Of a stretch of 64,000 nucleotides of DNA, positions 1 through 9,228 are shown in pieces (the stretch's first letter is position 1; every line of letters begins with the position of its first letter). The notes beneath the pieces were generated by a model that saw nothing but the letters and a program-made list of their open reading frames with translations, did no database searches and was not told the origin of the DNA. A program made the translations under genes and the position numbers. Origin of the DNA: Actinomycetota bacterium (lineage in GTDB: Bacteria; Actinomycetota; UBA4738; JBJMLN01). Location: positions 17,705-81,704 of the forward strand of contig JBJMLN010000080.1 of the NCBI GenBank assembly GCA_045805285.1, given 5' to 3'.

Positions 1-1
1 G

Positions 2-199
2 TCGGCTGCCGGAGCGGACCACGCGGTGACGCATATCGCCGACGGTTGGCCGGCGGCGGGCGTCCTCTCTCGCGCCGGATATCTCCCGCTCCCGCGTGTC
101 GGCATGCACTTCGTGGTGCGGACGATCGCGCCGTCGCGGCCCGATCCGCTCGAGAACGCGTCGTGGGCACTGACGCTCGGCGACCTGGAGCTCTTCTGA
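2..199 (+). CDS. 3' end of an upstream gene (partial, hypothetical protein)
   Basis: Frame 2 reads a protein-like C-terminus (…HFVVRTIAPSRPDPLENASWALTLGDLELF*) ending at TGA 197-199. The start lies outside the window and no family is recognised. Confidence 0.3.
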   Translation, partial: SAAGADHAVTHIADGWPAAGVLSRAGYLPLPRVGMHFVVRTIAPSRPDPLENASWALTLGDLELF

Positions 200-304
200 T
201 GCCCCGAGTTCCGGATCCCACCCCGGCGCCTGCTGCGTCGGGAACGCCTGCGCCGTCGACAACGCCTGCGTCGGCGGCCACGAGGCCGTCGGTAGGATAG
301 GCCG

Positions 305-1636
305 GTGGCGGTCGGCGTCCTGGCGGAGAGGCCCTCGGGGGCGTGGGTCTGGGTCGTCATCATCGGCGTCGCGTTGCTCGCCGTGCTTCTCGTCGGAGCG
401 TCCACCCCCGACGTGCAGATGTTCCTCGTCCTCACCGGCCTGATCGGCGTCGCCGCCAGCTTCCTGATCCCGAGGGCCGTCGCGAACGAGCCCACCATCA
501 GTCCGCGGTTCCTCGCGCTCGCGCTGATCGCGCACATCGTGGGGTCTCTGCTGCGCTACTTCATCATCCAGGCCGTCTATCACGGCGTCGCGGACGCGAA
601 CGGCTACTACGCGGGCGGCGTCGCGCTCGCCCCGATGTTCCGGTCGCTGCAGATCCCGGCGTTCCCCGGGGTCGGCACGCCGTTCATGAACTGGCTCACC
701 GGGATCCTGTTCGCGTTCACCGGCCCGACGATGCTCGGCGGTTTCGTCGTCTGCGCCGCCCTCTCCTTCGTCGGCTCCTGGTACTTCTACAAGGCCTTCC
801 GGGTGGGCTTCCCCGACGGGAACGCCAAGCTCTTCGCCGTCCTCATCTTCCTGTTCCCGACGATGTGGTACTGGACGTCGAGCCTCGGCAAGGACGCGGT
901 GGTGATGCTGTTCCTCGGCATCGCGACGTACGGGTTCGCGCTGCTGTTCCGCGCGATCACGTTCAAGGCGATCTTCGCGGTGGCCCTCGGCCTGACGGTG
1001 GTCTCGTTGATCCGGCCGCCGATCTCCGCGGCGCTCGCCGTCTCGGCTGCGGCCGCGTTCCTCCTCCGGCCCGCGAGAGCGCGCGCGCCGCAGGTACAGG
1101 CGCTCCTTTGGCTGGTGTTCGTGCCGCTCCTCGCGCTGGCAGCGGTCACGATCGTTCGCACCAGCCAGGCCTACATCCGGCACGACTCACCGGTGGAGGC
1201 GTTCGAGGCGCAGCAGACCGACTTCAGCACCACCGGCGGTACCTCTGACTTCACCCCGGTCAGCCCGTTCACGCCCCCCGGATTCGCGCTCGCGGTCGTG
1301 ACCGTGAACTTCCGCCCGTTCCCCTGGGAGGCCGGAGGGCTGCTCCCCGCGGTCGCGGCGTTGGAGGGCATCGCGCTCCTGCTCATCCTCTTCGCGAACC
1401 GGCGCGCCATCGTTGCCGGCCTGCGTCGATGGCGCACGAACGGCATGGTGATCCTCGCCGTCGGCTCGTTCCTCTCCATCTCGGTGATCCTCTCTGCGCT
1501 TGCGAACTTCGGCCTGCTCGCTCGTCAGCGGACGCAGGTGCTGCCGTTCCTGTTCATGCTGCCGTGCATGGTGAAGGTCCCGAGAGGCCGGCGCTCCCAG
1601 CAGGTTGCCGCGGACGGCGTCCCGGCCGCTCCGTGA
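305..1636 (+). CDS. polytopic membrane protein, O-antigen polymerase/ligase-like (Wzy-type) candidate
   Basis: 443-aa ORF, very hydrophobic with about 10 predicted TM stretches. It is first in a glycan-synthesis cluster and its stop overlaps the next gene (GTGA). Family assignment rests on context and hydropathy only. Confidence 0.5.
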   Translation: MAVGVLAERPSGAWVWVVIIGVALLAVLLVGASTPDVQMFLVLTGLIGVAASFLIPRAVANEPTISPRFLALALIAHIVGSLLRYFIIQAVYHGVADANGYYAGGVALAPMFRSLQIPAFPGVGTPFMNWLTGILFAFTGPTMLGGFVVCAALSFVGSWYFYKAFRVGFPDGNAKLFAVLIFLFPTMWYWTSSLGKDAVVMLFLGIATYGFALLFRAITFKAIFAVALGLTVVSLIRPPISAALAVSAAAAFLLRPARARAPQVQALLWLVFVPLLALAAVTIVRTSQAYIRHDSPVEAFEAQQTDFSTTGGTSDFTPVSPFTPPGFALAVVTVNFRPFPWEAGGLLPAVAALEGIALLLILFANRRAIVAGLRRWRTNGMVILAVGSFLSISVILSALANFGLLARQRTQVLPFLFMLPCMVKVPRGRRSQQVAADGVPAAP

Positions 1637-2463
1637 GCGCGCGCTCGGTCGCGGTCACGCTCGGGAAGCGCGCGATCAAGCTCGGGCTTCTCGCACCGGC
1701 GTCGCTCGCGCGCTCGCGCGAGCCGGGACTGTTGATCCTCGGATACCACCGCGTCGGCGCGGGCATGGAACGGGAGATGGATCTCCCACGCACGGTCTTC
1801 GCGGAGCAGATGCGCCACCTCGCGGAGCATCGTGAGGTCGTTCCGCTCGTCGAAGGTGTGCGGCGTCTCGGTTTCCCGCTCGAGGAGGACCTCCTCGTGA
1901 TCACGTTCGACGACGGCTACCGCGAGGTCTACACGCAGGCGTGGCCCGTGCTCCGCGACCTCGGCCTGCCGGCGACCGTGTTCGTGGCGACGGGCTTCCT
2001 GGACGGAACGGATCCGCCTCCGATCCGGGCGGGAGCGTCGGACCGAGGCGCACCGCCGGAGCCGTTGACGTGGGACCAGGTCGGAGAGCTCCACGCGTCG
2101 GGGCTGGTCACGATCGGCTCGCACTCTCGATCGCACCGGAGCTTCGATGCGCTCTCGCGCGCCCAGGCGGCGGAGGAGTGCGCGACCTCGCACGCGACGA
2201 TCGAGCGACACGTCGGAGGAGCTGTCGAGACGTTCGCCTATCCCGCCGGCGTCGTCGCCCACGAGGAGGTCGTGGCCGCGCACTACCGCGTGGGCGTCGG
2301 TGCGGACGGCGCAAAGAACGTGCCGTCGTCGCTCGCGCCGCTCCGCCTCTCACGGGTCCCCGTCCGTGCGAGCGACGGAACGTTCTTTTTCCGGCGGCGA
2401 CTGGCCGGCCTGGCGCCGCTTGAGGACCGGCTCTACCACCGCCTGCGCCCTCCGCGCGGCTGA
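1633..2463 (+). CDS. polysaccharide deacetylase (NodB-homology domain)
   Basis: Motifs LILGYHRV…VITFDDGY…TVFVATGF are typical of the NodB/CE4 family. GTG start overlaps the upstream stop. The ORF-track start at 1429 is judged too far upstream (R/P-rich, overlaps the previous gene). Confidence 0.8.
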   Translation: MSARSVAVTLGKRAIKLGLLAPASLARSREPGLLILGYHRVGAGMEREMDLPRTVFAEQMRHLAEHREVVPLVEGVRRLGFPLEEDLLVITFDDGYREVYTQAWPVLRDLGLPATVFVATGFLDGTDPPPIRAGASDRGAPPEPLTWDQVGELHASGLVTIGSHSRSHRSFDALSRAQAAEECATSHATIERHVGGAVETFAYPAGVVAHEEVVAAHYRVGVGADGAKNVPSSLAPLRLSRVPVRASDGTFFFRRRLAGLAPLEDRLYHRLRPPRG

Positions 2464-2474
2464 CGGCGGCTGAG

Positions 2475-3659
2475 ATGGCGCGGCCGAAGCTCGTCCACGT
2501 CACGACGGTCGATCTCTCGCTCCACGTGCTGCTCGCCTTCCAGCTGGAGCGTTTCGCGGCGGCCGGATACGAGGTCATCGGCGTCTCGGCTCCGGGCGAG
2601 CACGTCGACGCGCTCGAGCGCCGAGGCATCCGGCACGTCGCGGTCCGGAGCCTGACGCGTCGCTGGTCCCCGCGACGCGACGCGCGCGCTCTCGCGGAGC
2701 TCCGCAGCGCCTTCCGCGCCGAGCGGCCGGCGATCGTGCACACGCACAACCCGAAGAGCGGCGTGCTCGGCCGGGCGGCGGCACGTTCCGCCGGCGTTCC
2801 GGTCGTCGTCAACACCGTCCACGGCCTCTACACGTCCGCGGAGCTCGGAGCGGGCCGCCGGCTCGCGGTCGGTGGCGCGGAACGGATCGCCGCGCGCTTG
2901 TCCAACGCGGAGCTGTTCCAGAGCGAGGAGGACCTCGCATACGCGCTCCGGTCGCGTCTCGTCACGCCCGAGCGCGCGCACTGGCTGGGGAACGGCGTGG
3001 ATCTCGCTCGGTTCGACCCGGCCCGCGTCCCGGCCTCAGCGACCCGCGAGCTCCGGATCACGTGGGGTGCGCGAGAGGGCTCCGTCGTCGTCGGAACCGT
3101 CGGACGGCTCGTCCGCGAGAAGGGCTATCAGGAGTTCTTCCGGGCGGCCCGGAGTGTCCGCGCCTCCCACCCGGAGACCGTGTTCGTCGCCGTCGGTCCG
3201 GAGGAGCCCGACAAGTCGGACCGGCTCACGCGGGAGGATCTCGACGATGCTCGCGCGGCGGGGGTTGTCCTCCACGGCGCGGGAGTGGACATGCCTCGCC
3301 TCCACGCCGCCTTCGACGTGTTCGTGCTCGCGAGCTATCGGGAGGGGATGCCGCGCTCCGCGATCGAGGCGAGCGCGATGGCGCGACCCGTCGTCGCGAC
3401 CGACATCCGCGGATCCCGCGAGGTCGTGGAGGACGGCGCGACGGGAACGCTCGTTCCGGCGCGGAACGCTGACGCGCTCGCGGGCGGGATCCGCACGCTG
3501 ATCGGAGACCCCGCAAGGCGGGCCGCGATGGGAGCGGCCGGACGTCGCCGGGCGGAGGAGCGCTTCGACGAGAACGCCGTGGTCGATCGAACGCTCCGCG
3601 TGTACGACCGGCTGCTGCGGGAGCGAGGCATCGAACCGCCGGGGGGGACGTCGACGTGA
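2475..3659 (+). CDS. glycosyltransferase family 4 (GT-B, group 1)
   Basis: N-terminal GT4 domain (KLVHVTT…HTHNPKSGVLG) and C-terminal E-x7-E region (EGMPRSAIEASAMARPVVATD). 394 aa. Confidence 0.85.
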   Translation: MARPKLVHVTTVDLSLHVLLAFQLERFAAAGYEVIGVSAPGEHVDALERRGIRHVAVRSLTRRWSPRRDARALAELRSAFRAERPAIVHTHNPKSGVLGRAAARSAGVPVVVNTVHGLYTSAELGAGRRLAVGGAERIAARLSNAELFQSEEDLAYALRSRLVTPERAHWLGNGVDLARFDPARVPASATRELRITWGAREGSVVVGTVGRLVREKGYQEFFRAARSVRASHPETVFVAVGPEEPDKSDRLTREDLDDARAAGVVLHGAGVDMPRLHAAFDVFVLASYREGMPRSAIEASAMARPVVATDIRGSREVVEDGATGTLVPARNADALAGGIRTLIGDPARRAAMGAAGRRRAEERFDENAVVDRTLRVYDRLLRERGIEPPGGTST

Positions 3660-4618
3660 TCCCGGGCGTGATCGCGTTCGTCGCCGCGGTCGTTCTCGGC
3701 ATCGCGGCACGAGAGGTGGGTCCGCGGATCGGCGCTGTGGACCGACCGTCTGGATCGTTGAAGCCGCACGTTAGGCCGGTCTCGTATCTCGGCGGACCGG
3801 CCGTCGCGATCGCGATCGCCGTCGGGATGATCGCGCGCGGCTGGCCGCTCCACGCGGTACAGGTGGCCGCGCTCGCCGGAGCGCTGGCGCTCGGTCTCGT
3901 CGACGATGCGATCGGGCTCCGTCCGGCGCCCCGGCTTGCACTGCAGTTCGTCCTGGCCGTGGCGATCGTCGCCGGAGGCGTTCGGGCCGACGCCCTTCCC
4001 GAGGTGCTGGCGTGGCTCGTCGCGATCGCGTTGTTCGTCGGGGCGATGAACGGCGTGAACATGGTGGACGGCATGGACGGACTTGCCGCGGGCGCCGTCG
4101 TGATCTCCGCCGTCGGTCTCGCGGCGATCGCGCGAGGCCACGGAGGAGGAACCGGGCTCGCGCTCGTGACGTGCGGCGCGGCCGCCGGGTTCCTGCTCCA
4201 CAACCTGCCGCCGGCGAGGTTGTTCCTCGGCGACGGCGGCGCGTACTTCCTGGGCGCCGTGATCGCCGTCTGCGTGCTCCACGCGGGCGGCAAGCCGCAG
4301 ACGCTCCCGGGCGCGCTGACGTGTCTCGGTGTCTTCGCGCTCGAGCCTGCGCTCGCCGTCGTGCGGCGGCGTTTCAGCGGCGTCTCGCTCACGGAGGGTG
4401 ACCGGGGCCACCTCTACGACCAGCTCACCGCGCGAGGTCTCGGTCCGGTCGCATGTCTCGCGGCGACGTGGGCGATCCACACGGTGTTCGTCGTGATCGG
4501 CGTGACGGCCTCATCACTTCCGACGGCGGGCTCCGTCGCGTTGTCCGCTGCGGTGTGGGTCGCGGCCGCAGCGCTCCTCGTCGCGTTCGGGTTCGTGACG
4601 TCCTCGGCGCGGTCCTGA
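3656..4618 (+). CDS. MraY/WecA-family polyprenyl-phosphate N-acetylhexosamine-1-phosphate transferase
   Basis: Multi-TM protein with the diagnostic NGVNMVDGMDGLAAG motif and DD-x-x-G. Start overlaps the GT4 stop. Confidence 0.8.
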   Translation: MIPGVIAFVAAVVLGIAAREVGPRIGAVDRPSGSLKPHVRPVSYLGGPAVAIAIAVGMIARGWPLHAVQVAALAGALALGLVDDAIGLRPAPRLALQFVLAVAIVAGGVRADALPEVLAWLVAIALFVGAMNGVNMVDGMDGLAAGAVVISAVGLAAIARGHGGGTGLALVTCGAAAGFLLHNLPPARLFLGDGGAYFLGAVIAVCVLHAGGKPQTLPGALTCLGVFALEPALAVVRRRFSGVSLTEGDRGHLYDQLTARGLGPVACLAATWAIHTVFVVIGVTASSLPTAGSVALSAAVWVAAAALLVAFGFVTSSARS

Positions 4619-4620
4619 AA

Positions 4621-5442
4621 ATGGCCCTGCGCGTCGTCGTGGTCTCCAACGGGAATGCGTTCTCCACGACCATGATCCGCCCGCTCGTGGAGGATCCGGG
4701 GATCGACGTCGTGGGCGCACTGATCGTGAGCCTCCCCTCGGGCCGCGGAGGACCACTCGCGACGCTGTGGAGGCTGACGCGTCGGACGGGGGTCCGCTTC
4801 GCGACGTACAAGGCGCTCTCCCTGGCGGTTCCGGCGATCGCCGGACGCCGTTTCCACGCGCCGGTATTCCTGCGCGAGCTCTGCCGCTCGCGAGGAGTTC
4901 CGGTGCGGTCGGTGCGGAGCGTCAACGGAGAGGAGGCCGCGGCGTTCCTCCGGCGTGCGACGCCCGACGTGATCGTGTCCGTCTCGACGCCGGAGCGGAT
5001 CCTCCCCGAGGTGCTCGCGATCGCGCGCGTGGCCCCGGTCAACGTCCATTGGGCGCTCCTACCCGCGTACGGCGGGATCGCTCCCTACGTCTGGGTGCTG
5101 CGCAACGGAGAGCGCGAGACCGGCGTCACGGTCCACGTCATGAACGAGCGGCTCGACACGGGGCCGATCCTCCGCAGGCGCCTGGTGGAGATCACCCGCG
5201 ACGACACCGCACTCTCGCTGCAGATGCGGCTGGCATCGGTTGCGGCGGAGGAGCTTCACGGGGCGGTGCGCGAGCTCCCGAAGTCGCTTGAGACGGCGGA
5301 GGAACAGCCGGCCGGTGGCCGCTCGTACTACACGTGGCCGCGGCGGAGCGACGTTCGCGGGCTCCGCCGCCGCGGGAGGCGACTCACACGGTGGAGGGAT
5401 CTGCGGTCGATGTGGAGCGAGGCGCGAGCGCTCCGCGGCTAG
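4621..5442 (+). CDS. formyltransferase (Fmt/ArnA N-domain-like)
   Basis: Formyl_trans_N motifs (NVHWALLPAYGGIAPYVWVLRNGERETGVTVHVMNERLDTGPIL). ATG at 4621 is preferred over the track start 4453, whose first 56 codons are R-rich and overlap the upstream gene. Confidence 0.75.
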   Translation: MALRVVVVSNGNAFSTTMIRPLVEDPGIDVVGALIVSLPSGRGGPLATLWRLTRRTGVRFATYKALSLAVPAIAGRRFHAPVFLRELCRSRGVPVRSVRSVNGEEAAAFLRRATPDVIVSVSTPERILPEVLAIARVAPVNVHWALLPAYGGIAPYVWVLRNGERETGVTVHVMNERLDTGPILRRRLVEITRDDTALSLQMRLASVAAEELHGAVRELPKSLETAEEQPAGGRSYYTWPRRSDVRGLRRRGRRLTRWRDLRSMWSEARALRG

Positions 5443-6683
5443 GGTTCCGCGGAGATCTCTCGGAGCGCGTCGAGCACGCGGTCGACCTGCTCGGCGGTGT
5501 TGTAGTGGCAGAAGCCGATCCGGACCGCGCCGCCCGAGGATTGCAGGCCGAGCCGCTCCATCACCTCGAGCGCGTAGTAGTCGCCGTCCCAGGCGTAGAT
5601 GCCGCGTTCCGCGAGGCGCGTCGCGGTGTGCTCGGGCGACTCGTCGCCGATGCGGATCGCGAACGTGGGCGTCCTGTCTTCGACGCGTGCGGGATCGGCG
5701 ATGCCGTACAGGCGAACGCGCTCAGGCAGCGCGGCGAGAAATCGGACGGAGAGTTCCGATTCATGGGCGCGGATCGCCTCCATCCCGGCGAGCAACGTCC
5801 GACGGCGTTCATCGCCTGGGGTTGCCGAGAGCGACGCGATGTAATCGACGGCCGCGATCAGTCCGGCGAGCGATTCGTGGGCGAGGGTTCCGGTTTCCCA
5901 GCGCTCCGGAACGGTGTCGCGTGAGGGTCGCACCTTGTACGGCCGGAGCTCTGCGAGCAATTGCCGCTTGCCGTAGAGCACCCCCATGTGCGGACCGAAG
6001 AACTTGTACGGCGAGCAAGCAAGCAGGTCGACGTCGAGGGCACGGACGTCGAGCGCGCGATGCTGCGCGACGTGGACGGCGTCGGCGACGACGACGGCAT
6101 CCGTGCGTCGCGCCCGGCGCACGACCTCCTCTGCCGGCGTCACGGTTCCGAGAGCGTTGGACGCCAACGTGAACGCGACGATGCGGGTTCGATCCGAAAG
6201 CGCCGCGTCGAGCGAGCCGAGGTCGAGCGTGCCGTCCTCCACGGAGAAGTCGACGTGCCGGATCGTCGCACCGATGTCCTCCGCAAGCGCCAGCCACGGT
6301 GCGACGTTCGCGTCGTGGTCGAGACGGGTGACGACGAGTTCGTCGCCCGGCCGGAGCGTCCTTCCGATCGCTCGCGAGATGGAGAAGAGCAACGTGGTCG
6401 CGTTCTGTCCGAAGACGATCTCGTCGGGTTCGGAGCCGAGGAAATCGGCAGCGGCGAGGCGCGCGTCGGCGATCAGCGCGTCGGTCTCGACGCTCGTCGC
6501 GAAGACGCCGTGCGTGTTGGAGTTGCTCTCGCGGAGATACCGCGACATCGCTTCGACGACCGACTGCGGCACCTGCGTGCCTCCGGGAGCGTCGGCGAAG
6601 ACGACCGGGCGCCCGTCCTGTTCGCGCGCGAGCGCCGGAAAACGTTCCCGCACCCGCGTGAGGTCGATCGTCGTGGAGGCCAT
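5439..6683 (-). CDS. aminotransferase class V-fold PLP-dependent enzyme (cysteine desulfurase/SufS-like)
   Basis: Class V signature CSPYKFFGPHMGVLYGK with the PLP-lysine, and overall SufS/CsdA-like length. Start taken at MASTTIDL (ATG 6683) rather than the R/S-rich upstream extension. Confidence 0.75.
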   Translation of the reverse strand: MASTTIDLTRVRERFPALAREQDGRPVVFADAPGGTQVPQSVVEAMSRYLRESNSNTHGVFATSVETDALIADARLAAADFLGSEPDEIVFGQNATTLLFSISRAIGRTLRPGDELVVTRLDHDANVAPWLALAEDIGATIRHVDFSVEDGTLDLGSLDAALSDRTRIVAFTLASNALGTVTPAEEVVRRARRTDAVVVADAVHVAQHRALDVRALDVDLLACSPYKFFGPHMGVLYGKRQLLAELRPYKVRPSRDTVPERWETGTLAHESLAGLIAAVDYIASLSATPGDERRRTLLAGMEAIRAHESELSVRFLAALPERVRLYGIADPARVEDRTPTFAIRIGDESPEHTATRLAERGIYAWDGDYYALEVMERLGLQSSGGAVRIGFCHYNTAEQVDRVLDALREISAEP

Positions 6684-6876
6684 CCGAGCGGTAAGACTCG
6701 CATCCCGCGAGCGGGACGCCAACGCCGGTCTACCGAACCTCGAACGTGCCGAGACGTCGGCCGCCTGTCTACCCGGAAGCGGGATGAGGCTGGAGTTCGA
6801 ACCCAATCGCGCCCCGGTCGATCCCGTGCAAGAGAATGGGGCCGCCCACCAATAGGCTCTCGGATCGGAGGATGAG

Positions 6877-7704
6877 ATGAGGTTCGGACTCGACGTCGCG
6901 CAGCATCAGCTGACCTGGCCGGAGCTCCTCGAGCGCGTTCGCTTCGCCGAGGAGGCGGGCTTCGACGGCGCCTGGATCTTCGACCACTTCAAGGCGCTCT
7001 ACGGAGATCCGACTGGCCCCTGCATGGAGGCGTGGACGCTCCTCGCCGCGCTCGCGGCGTCGACGGAACGGATCCGCCTCGGCGCGCTCGTCACCGGCGT
7101 CACGTATCGCCATCCCTCGATCCTTGCGGCGGAAGCGGTCACGGTCGACCAGGTCTCCGGCGGACGGCTGGAGATCGGCATCGGGGCGGCGTGGTTCGAA
7201 CAGGAGCACCGGGAGCTCGGCGTGCCGTTCCCGGCGGTCGGGGAGCGCGCGCGACGTCTCGAGGAGGGCGTCGGGGCCATGCGCTTGCTGATGACGCAGG
7301 ATCACGTCACGTACGAGGGCACGTACATGCAGCTGGATGACGCGACCTACCGTCCTCGGCCCGTCCAGCAGCCGCATCCGCCGATCTGGATCGGCGCGAC
7401 GGGGGAGAAGCTCACGCTCCCGATCACCGGCCGACAGGCGGACGTGTGGCACACGTTCGGAAGCGCTGCGTCCTTCGCTCGGAAGTGGCCGATCGTGGAG
7501 CGCGCTGCTCGGGAGGCCGGGCGGGATCCGAGCTCGATCATGCGCTCGTCGAGCCTTTCCATCTCGGAGCCGTGGGATGAGGTCCGACGGCGCTATGAGG
7601 AACTCCGGGACGCCGGCGTGGCCTACCTGGTCGTGAACTGGCCGAGCGAGGGCCGCGATCGGATGGAGGCGTTCGTCGCCGACGTGCTGCCTTCGCTCAC
7701 GTAG
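6877..7704 (+). CDS. LLM-class F420-dependent oxidoreductase (luciferase-like monooxygenase family)
   Basis: Typical N-terminus MRFGLDV…AEEAGFDGAWIFDHF and the GGRLEIGIGAAW motif. Confidence 0.8.
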   Translation: MRFGLDVAQHQLTWPELLERVRFAEEAGFDGAWIFDHFKALYGDPTGPCMEAWTLLAALAASTERIRLGALVTGVTYRHPSILAAEAVTVDQVSGGRLEIGIGAAWFEQEHRELGVPFPAVGERARRLEEGVGAMRLLMTQDHVTYEGTYMQLDDATYRPRPVQQPHPPIWIGATGEKLTLPITGRQADVWHTFGSAASFARKWPIVERAAREAGRDPSSIMRSSSLSISEPWDEVRRRYEELRDAGVAYLVVNWPSEGRDRMEAFVADVLPSLT

Positions 7705-7896
7705 TCCTCATCGCGGCCCCGAACATCCGACACGCGTCGGCCGTCTGTCGGGCAGGCAAACATGACGAGCCGAGGAACATTCGATGGAGATGTGAGCGAA
7801 CCAAGGAAAAAGGGTTGTCGAACGGCAGTGTGAACGGAGAAGGTGGATACGCGGTCCCTGCCGCCGATCCACGTTCATCCCCAAGGAGGAGATCCC

Positions 7897-8187
7897 ATGT
7901 CAACTCGAGGCCTCGCCCTGTATTACGCCTTCCGCGAGGACGCCGCCACGAGCAACGCCCGCAGCACGCGCTGCTGCACGGACGACGTGGTCGTCTCCAG
8001 GCAGCGCAACACGCTCGGTATGCGTGTGCACAAGCTGGCCGCTGCGATCAGCGCGTCCACGAGCGTGTTCGTGAAGCTTCTGCGACGTCCGGTCGGAGGC
8101 ACGACGGTCGTGCTCGTTCCACGAGAGCGCGTTCCGGAGGCGCTGAGCACCGTCGTCGTGGCGGAGGATCTTCCGCGCGCGAGCTGA
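7897..8187 (+). CDS. hypothetical small protein (about 96 aa)
   Basis: ATG at 7897 preceded by a strong RBS, AAGGAGGAGATCCC-ATG. No recognisable family. An antisense 75-aa ORF overlaps it, so coding status is uncertain. Confidence 0.35.
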   Translation: MSTRGLALYYAFREDAATSNARSTRCCTDDVVVSRQRNTLGMRVHKLAAAISASTSVFVKLLRRPVGGTTVVLVPRERVPEALSTVVVAEDLPRAS

Positions 8188-8207
8188 CGCAGCTAGTCTG
8201 AGCCAGA

Positions 8208-8810
8208 CTAGACACGGCCCCAGCCGTCCGGGAGCTCGGGCCGCGGCCACGCGGTATCCGGGCGCCATTCCTCCCACGGCTGGTCGAACGGCGGCCGGCG
8301 ATCGATGATCGCCCGCGCGGCGCGCTCTCCTTCGGCGCGGAACGCTTTCGCCTGCTCGGTTGTGAAGAGTCCGAGCGCGACGGCTTCCTCGAGCTCGTCC
8401 TCGTCCTTCCACGTCCACGTCGAGCGATCGGGAGGGATCACGACATCCAGCAGGTGATCCGGCGGTGTGTCGAACCCGAGGTGGCTCCTCGTCAGCGGCG
8501 CTTGGAGATTCACGTACCAGCCGAGGAACTCGTCCTCGTTCCAGAACAGCAGTACGGCGTGCTCGACGTCGGGCCAGGCGAAGGAGAGGATCCGCCAGGT
8601 GACGGCGCGATCGCCGAGGATCCATCGCTCGGCGGGGAAGCGGAGCTGGTTGCCTGAGTCGTCGACGGGCACCTTCCAGGCGCTTCCCGGCGACACGAAG
8701 AACATGGATCGTTCCTCGTCGTCCTCGACGACGGTCGCCGCGCGGGCTCCCCAGACTCCGCCGTGCCAGATCTCCCGGAGGACGACCGCATCGCCCGGCG
8801 ACCAACTCAT
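8208..8810 (-). CDS. DUF402-family protein (FomD-like nucleoside-diphosphatase fold)
   Basis: 200-aa ORF with the DUF402-like core (…EDEFLGWYVNLQAP…LLDVVIPPD…TWKDEDELEEA). Confidence 0.6.
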   Translation of the reverse strand: MSWSPGDAVVLREIWHGGVWGARAATVVEDDEERSMFFVSPGSAWKVPVDDSGNQLRFPAERWILGDRAVTWRILSFAWPDVEHAVLLFWNEDEFLGWYVNLQAPLTRSHLGFDTPPDHLLDVVIPPDRSTWTWKDEDELEEAVALGLFTTEQAKAFRAEGERAARAIIDRRPPFDQPWEEWRPDTAWPRPELPDGWGRV

Positions 8811-8887
8811 CGAGCGACGTTAGCGGTCTCGAGCTCCGACCTGCTGTCTTGACACATGTCAGACCCCAGAGATACGTTCACCATCCC

Positions 8888-8903
8888 CTCGAACATACGT
8901 TCG
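8888..8903. promoter_or_regulatory. LexA/SOS box (actinobacterial Cheo-type TCGAAC-N4-GTTCGA)
   Basis: The sequence TCGAACATACGTTCGA reads directly in the 166-bp divergent intergenic region between the DUF402 gene (minus) and the 81-aa ORF (plus). It is a perfect match to the mycobacterial/Gram-positive LexA operator consensus. Confidence 0.6.
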
Positions 8904-8976
8904 AACGGGAGGAGCTGAGGAAACAACTCCATCTGAGTTCATCGAAGGTCGCCGGTCGAAGCGGGGTTCCGGGCGG

Positions 8977-9222
8977 ATGTCGAAGCGCTACGACGAGGAG
9001 GTTGCGGTCGAGCGAGATGCCGGGATGCCCTCAGTCTTCACCTGGCGAGGACGCCGCTACGAGGTCGCCGACGTGATCGGTCGCTGGCGCATCGAAGGCC
9101 GGTGGTGGGCCGACGGACGGGATCGCGAGTACTGGCGGGTGGAGGCACGAGGCGGCGCCGTCTGGGACCTGTACCACGACCACCTCGGCGGCCGGTGGCA
9201 CCTCGAACGCCTCTGGGACTGA
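8977..9222 (+). CDS. small Trp/Arg-rich hypothetical protein (81 aa), putative SOS-regulated
   Basis: ATG ORF about 75 bp downstream of the LexA box. Three internal repeats of the (R/Y)W(R/H)(I/V/L)E-x-R type: RWRIEGRWW, YWRVEARGG, RWHLERLWD. Convergent with the UDG gene. Confidence 0.55.
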   Translation: MSKRYDEEVAVERDAGMPSVFTWRGRRYEVADVIGRWRIEGRWWADGRDREYWRVEARGGAVWDLYHDHLGGRWHLERLWD

Positions 9223-9228
9223 GGGATC

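Noticed and set aside
343-1248. Long alternative-frame and antisense ORFs overlapping annotated genes (e.g. 343..1248, 2108..2815, 3226..4392, 3335..4480, 10116..12206, 10562..13174, 12375..13805, 13642..15264, 16377..19136, 21619..23256, 23057..25540, 27893..30292, 30572..31858, 40941..42752, 47373..50693, 51518..53671, 61091..62773)
   Set aside because: Arg/Pro/Gly/Ala-rich low-complexity translations characteristic of spurious ORFs in 70% GC DNA. Each is shadowed by a gene with clear family motifs in another frame.
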